Virus record (IMG/VR): IMGVR_UViG_3300038393_000718 | Location: 1-26,359 of that record | From: a virus | Taxonomy: Duplodnaviria > Caudoviricetes | Length of the DNA: 26,359 bases | Reading direction: 5' to 3' (one strand) | Shown: positions 23,383 to 26,359 of the stretch, one piece after another | Numbering within the stretch: position 1 is the stretch's first letter | Layout: each line of letters opens with the position of its first letter | Notes under the pieces: model-generated | The model's database searches: none | Seen by the model: only the letters and a program-made list of their open reading frames with translations | What the model was told of the DNA's origin: nothing | Made by a program: the position numbers and the translations under genes

Positions 23383-24269
23383 GCCGCAGCCTTCGGGCGA
23401 TTGCCTTCGGCACCGCTCTGCGATGCTTCGCACTCAGCCAGCTTCGCTGTCTTCGCCGTTCCGGTCGCTGCCGCTATCGCAGAGAGAATTGCGCGGCCGA
23501 TCAGTTCGGGGATTTGTGGGACTACGGCGTTTCCGCAGGCGGCAAGACGGTATGGCCAATCGGAAACCCCATCAGCCATTCGGTCAGGACCGGGTTGATC
23601 CATCCATCTACCAGGTACGGAACGCACCTCGATTCCCACTTCAGGTCGAAACCCATCTTGCAGCCACTTGGCCGCGTTTCGCCGCGTGATTTCCGCTGCA
23701 TCGTCAGCATCGAAAATGGCGCGAATCCGTTGCTCTTGTTGGGGGTAGGCCATAAGCCAAACCCGGTCGCGCAAATGTGGAGCACCGACAGAGGCCGCCG
23801 GTATGCAATCCCACTCCGCATCATACCCGATCTCGGCCAAGTCTCCGAGAACTCGGCCAAACCACCCGCCTGGTTTGTTGTCAGGGCCACTAAGCAGGCC
23901 TGTGACGTTCTCCACGAGCGCGAAGGATGGTCGTATTTCGCTAATGAGGCGACGGAACTCGCTCCATAGTCCGCTACGCGTGCCACCATCGAGTCCTGCG
24001 CGCCGACCAGCGACGGATACGTCTTGGCACGGGAACCCTCCGCAGATAACGTTTGCGGAAACTCCATCGGTAGCAAGACGTTCTTGCGTAAGGGTTCTAA
24101 CGTCATCGTAGATTGGAACTCCCGGCCAATGCTTCGCAAGGACGCGCTGCGCGAACGGTTCGATCTCGCAGAAGGCGACGGTCTTGAACCCGCCCGTCCG
24201 CTCCAGACCAAGGTCGAAGCCGTCGAAGCCGCCGATTCCGGCAAAGAGGCTGAGCACGCGAAACGTCAC
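23379..24269 (-). CDS. DNA cytosine-C5 methyltransferase, alpha polypeptide (lacks motif IX)
   Basis: Motif I FAGIGG, IV GGFPCQ, VI ENV, VIII PHLRDRVW, X GNAVVPQ. Confidence 0.92.
   Translation of the reverse strand: MTFRVLSLFAGIGGFDGFDLGLERTGGFKTVAFCEIEPFAQRVLAKHWPGVPIYDDVRTLTQERLATDGVSANVICGGFPCQDVSVAGRRAGLDGGTRSGLWSEFRRLISEIRPSFALVENVTGLLSGPDNKPGGWFGRVLGDLAEIGYDAEWDCIPAASVGAPHLRDRVWLMAYPQQEQRIRAIFDADDAAEITRRNAAKWLQDGFRPEVGIEVRSVPGRWMDQPGPDRMADGVSDWPYRLAACGNAVVPQIPELIGRAILSAIAAATGTAKTAKLAECEASQSGAEGNRPKAAA
23522..24106 (-). CDS. Nested alternative-frame beta polypeptide of the C5 methyltransferase; start uncertain (ATG 24106 or 24067; frame open from 24244)
   Basis: Same strand, different frame; contains WPRSGM, WPTP and a C-terminal INPVLTEWLMGFPIGHT resembling motif IX. 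Confidence 0.7.
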   Translation of the reverse strand: MTLEPLRKNVLLPMEFPQTLSAEGSRAKTYPSLVGAQDSMVARVADYGASSVASLAKYDHPSRSWRTSQACLVALTTNQAGGLAEFSETWPRSGMMRSGIAYRRPLSVLHICATGFGLWPTPNKSNGFAPFSMLTMQRKSRGETRPSGCKMGFDLKWESRCVPYLVDGWINPVLTEWLMGFPIGHTVLPPAETP

Positions 24270-24448
24270 GCCAGCCCCCGCTTCAGCTCAATCTCTCGAC
24301 GGAGCTGTTCGGTCTTTGCATCGCGCAATGCGATCCAGGCTTGTTCGCGCTTTCTCGCTCCATGCAACGCCAGCTCACGAGCGCTTGCGATTGTGCGGTT
24401 ACAGGAGTGGTGGTGGCGAAGGAGGAAGAAGAATGTTCTGAGGGTCAT
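24266..24448 (-). CDS. 60-aa hypothetical protein (MTLRTFFF...)
   Basis: ATG 24448 in an ATGA overlap; its stop overlaps the MTase GTG. Confidence 0.6.
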   Translation of the reverse strand: MTLRTFFFLLRHHHSCNRTIASARELALHGARKREQAWIALRDAKTEQLRREIELKRGLA

Positions 24449-24615
24449 GCCTCGTGGTCCTCTCGATCTTGACCAATCAAGGGCGCTCGCTTGGTGTACT
24501 GTGCGAGCATTCGGTCTGCCTGGACGCAGACATAGTCTGCGGTCGTGGTCTCGGGATCGTCCGCCCAATCGTGAATGAGCGCCTCAAGTTCGCGAATGAT
24601 TTCTCGGGCTGTCAT
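24445..24615 (-). CDS. 56-aa hypothetical protein (MTAREIIRELEAL...EDHEA); not in ORF track
   Basis: ATGA overlaps at both ends, GGAG upstream. Confidence 0.6.
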   Translation of the reverse strand: MTAREIIRELEALIHDWADDPETTTADYVCVQADRMLAQYTKRAPLIGQDREDHEA

Positions 24616-25337
24616 GCTGCAACTCCGTCCACGAAGAAGTCGCCCTGTCTCTGAGCGTCCTCAATGCGCTTGCAGGAAAGCTCGAAAGCGTCAGGATCGA
24701 TCTCAATCCCGATGAACCTTCGTCCCTCCTGCATACAGGCAACACCGGTCGTTCCCGCGCCCATGAACGGATCGCACACGAGGTCGTCAGGACGCGAATA
24801 ATGGATTACCATTTGGCGCATTAGGCGGGTCGGCTTCCCGCCCATTCTTTCTTTGTCGTTCCATCCCTCGGATGCTATGTAGCCGCCCGGCAAGGTGCCC
24901 CATTTATTGAGGGCCTTGGTGCGCGCTACGACGATCCAATCCGTCCACGAGCAAGGACCGTCGCCAGCAAGCCGAACCGAGCGCCCGGATTGATAGAACG
25001 GGAGCGGCGGGAAGGTAGTCCGGCCAAGGGCGTCGAAAGCCTTGCGAATGTGCGGTGCCAACTCGGAGTCCGTGAGCCAAGCCACCCAACCACGGCTAGA
25101 AGCGCCGAGAAGGGCAGCTAGAGCGCCGACATCGCTCTCGGATAGGGCTGAGTAGCCTAGAGCCTTCGCATCGGCGTTGTCGCGGCGTTTAGAGGCGTTC
25201 TCATCGTGACGGGCATGAGTGCGCTCGCTGTAGGGCGGATCGGTGATAATATGGTCGACAGCGCTGCGGCTGGTTAGAACCTCGCGACAATCGCCAAGGT
25301 ACAGCGTAGCCCGCCCGATATGTTCGACCAGGCTCAT
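24612..25337 (-). CDS. Orphan amino-DNA methyltransferase (N6-A/N4-C, beta class)
   Basis: LYLGDC, ITDPPY (motif IV) preceding KP..L and DPFMGAGTTG (motif I), FIGIEID. Confidence 0.9.
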   Translation of the reverse strand: MSLVEHIGRATLYLGDCREVLTSRSAVDHIITDPPYSERTHARHDENASKRRDNADAKALGYSALSESDVGALAALLGASSRGWVAWLTDSELAPHIRKAFDALGRTTFPPLPFYQSGRSVRLAGDGPCSWTDWIVVARTKALNKWGTLPGGYIASEGWNDKERMGGKPTRLMRQMVIHYSRPDDLVCDPFMGAGTTGVACMQEGRRFIGIEIDPDAFELSCKRIEDAQRQGDFFVDGVAA

Positions 25338-25645
25338 GCTGCACTCCGCTGTCTGGTTAGTTCGAGATCGAGCGTGCGCTGCTTGGACTTGAGCGCTCGT
25401 TCTGCGGCTGATTCCTGAAGCCGCTCCTCAAGCTCGGGCCACGCCTCTCGAGCACGCTCCCAAGTGATGAAGCCCATCTCGGACTCACCAGCGATGTACT
25501 GAGCCACGCTCTCGCGCGTGCGGTGCATCTGCGCGCCCATCTCTTCGAGCGTCAGGCCGCGACCGTTCTTTACTTGCAGGAGGGCCGTCCCAACGTCCGC
25601 AAGGATCGTGTCTCGCGATCTGCCAAGGATTATTGACGGACTCAT
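25334..25645 (-). CDS. HTH transcriptional regulator (CII position)
   Basis: LTLEEMGAQMHRTRESVAQYIAGE helix-turn-helix; downstream of the cro-like gene. Confidence 0.7.
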   Translation of the reverse strand: MSPSIILGRSRDTILADVGTALLQVKNGRGLTLEEMGAQMHRTRESVAQYIAGESEMGFITWERAREAWPELEERLQESAAERALKSKQRTLDLELTRQRSAA

Positions 25646-25660
25646 GCGTTAATTACCTGT

Positions 25661-25975
25661 TCACCGCCCACAAGAAGGCGGAGTTGAAGGAAGACGAAGT
25701 TGAGTGTTGTTGTGCGTTCGACGGGTGGTCGGCAGCTCGGTGGTGCCCTGTCCCCCAGGCACGGAAAGCAGATTTCGGCCGCCCGTCAGCTCTTCATGGA
25801 GCGCGGGGATATCGCCACAGACGAAGCAGTCAGCATCGGCGAACTCGCGGTTGCGATCATCGAAGATCTTACCCGCATAATCGAGAACGCGACCGACAAA
25901 CCATGCGATGAGAGCGCAGAAGGCGACGAAGCCCGCAATGGCGATCAGCGCAGCGATGAATTGGTCCCCCGACAT
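25661..25975 (-). CDS. Hypothetical protein with an N-terminal TM helix
   Basis: 104 aa, hydrophobic residues about 6-28; co-oriented in the early operon. Confidence 0.55.
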   Translation of the reverse strand: MSGDQFIAALIAIAGFVAFCALIAWFVGRVLDYAGKIFDDRNREFADADCFVCGDIPALHEELTGGRNLLSVPGGQGTTELPTTRRTHNNTQLRLPSTPPSCGR

Positions 25976-25999
25976 GCTCAGTGCAGTCCGGGTGGCGAA

Positions 26000-26035
26000 G
26001 ATGGGTGGCAGTCAGGGGCAATGCTGCCACCCATC
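26000..26035. other. Perfect 12-bp stem-loop downstream of the cro-like gene
   Basis: GATGGGTGGCAG (26000-26011) and CTGCCACCCATC (26024-26035), 12-nt loop. Confidence 0.7.
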
Positions 26036-26066
26036 AACTGCATGGCTGGAGCGGGCCATGCGGGAA

Positions 26067-26294
26067 TCATGCGGCCACCCGATCTTCCGGTGGCGGAAAG
26101 TCAGCAGTTGACAGTGTGATGTTGTACTCAGCCGCAAGCGCGAGAATGCGCGGTTGCCGCCAATCCGGAATCTGGTTCCAATCCTTCCACGAACCAACGG
26201 TCGAGACCGGCGCGGGGATAAGCCTCGCAAACGCGCTCATCGTTCCGATCTTCGGGTGAGCGACGAAACGCGCTATGATATCTGCGGAAGTCAT
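26067..26294 (-). CDS. Cro-like HTH regulator
   Basis: 75 aa; II..F...G....A......STV.SW....IP..R pattern; first gene after a promoter/operator. Confidence 0.8.
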   Translation of the reverse strand: MTSADIIARFVAHPKIGTMSAFARLIPAPVSTVGSWKDWNQIPDWRQPRILALAAEYNITLSTADFPPPEDRVAA

Positions 26295-26302
26295 GAAACA
26301 GT

Positions 26303-26331
26303 CGCTTACCGAAAATCGGAACTCTTTACAA
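26303..26331 (-). promoter_or_regulatory. PR-like promoter (TTGTAA-N17-TAAGCG) with a palindromic operator in the spacer
   Basis: -35 at 26331-26326, -10 at 26308-26303; inverted repeat TTCCGA-TTT-TCGGTA at 26321-26307; weaker copy at 26346-26332. Confidence 0.6.
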
Positions 26332-26359
26332 GCCCAGTTTGCGGAATGCGTTATTTACG

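Larger units (their letters stand above)
1..26359 (-). mobile_element. P22-like temperate phage/prophage, cro-like gene through start of lysis region; neither end visible
   Basis: Co-oriented, translationally coupled genes in lambdoid early order and P22-like late order (terminases, portal, scaffold, coat, gp4, gp10, gp14, gp7, gp20, gp16, tailspike head-binding). No integrase or att site in the window. Confidence 0.95.

Noticed and set aside
597-24441. Other minus-strand TCAGAA hexamers at 597-602, 4636-4641, 7734-7739, 15616-15621 and 24436-24441
   Set aside because: Intragenic and lacking a TAnnnT hexamer at the 26-27 nt spacing; treated as background. The scan was by eye and may be incomplete.
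23005-25337. Restriction-modification system formed by the two MTases and the adjacent nuclease
   Set aside because: The nuclease has RusA-type motifs and sits in the usual nin-like region; orphan MTases are common there.
1-26359. CRISPR array, tRNA/rRNA, IS element, intron or intein, recoded stop codons
   Set aside because: No regularly spaced repeats, cloverleaf, transposase or interrupted core gene seen; terminase, portal and coat are normal length under the standard code.

Overview
The window is almost entirely one strand of a temperate P22-like (podovirus-type) phage or prophage. The host is probably an alphaproteobacterium, possibly a sphingomonad; this is inferred from GC content and gene style. 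Genes run on the minus strand from right to left: cro-like regulator, CII-like HTH, two DNA methyltransferases, RusA-like nuclease, DnaA-C-domain protein, replication initiator with internal iterons, small regulators, terS/terL, portal, scaffold, coat, a glycosyltransferase, accessory virion proteins, gp4/gp10-like neck proteins, a GNAT gp14-like protein, three ejection proteins, tailspike head-binding/RBP genes and a probable holin. The most notable unannotated signal is a promoter-like motif, TCAGAA-N26-TAnnnT, in front of at least seven late genes. Several copies predict leaderless mRNAs and three lie back-to-back with plus-strand inserts. Other highlights: a C5 methyltransferase whose motif IX is in a nested same-strand alternative frame, a probable AUC start for the gp7-like protein, a predicted pseudoknot in the scaffold leader, a capsid-operon glycosyltransferase, a PAP2/AUR1-like moron and two paralogous virion proteins. 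All family calls are from motifs and synteny recognised by eye; no searches were run.
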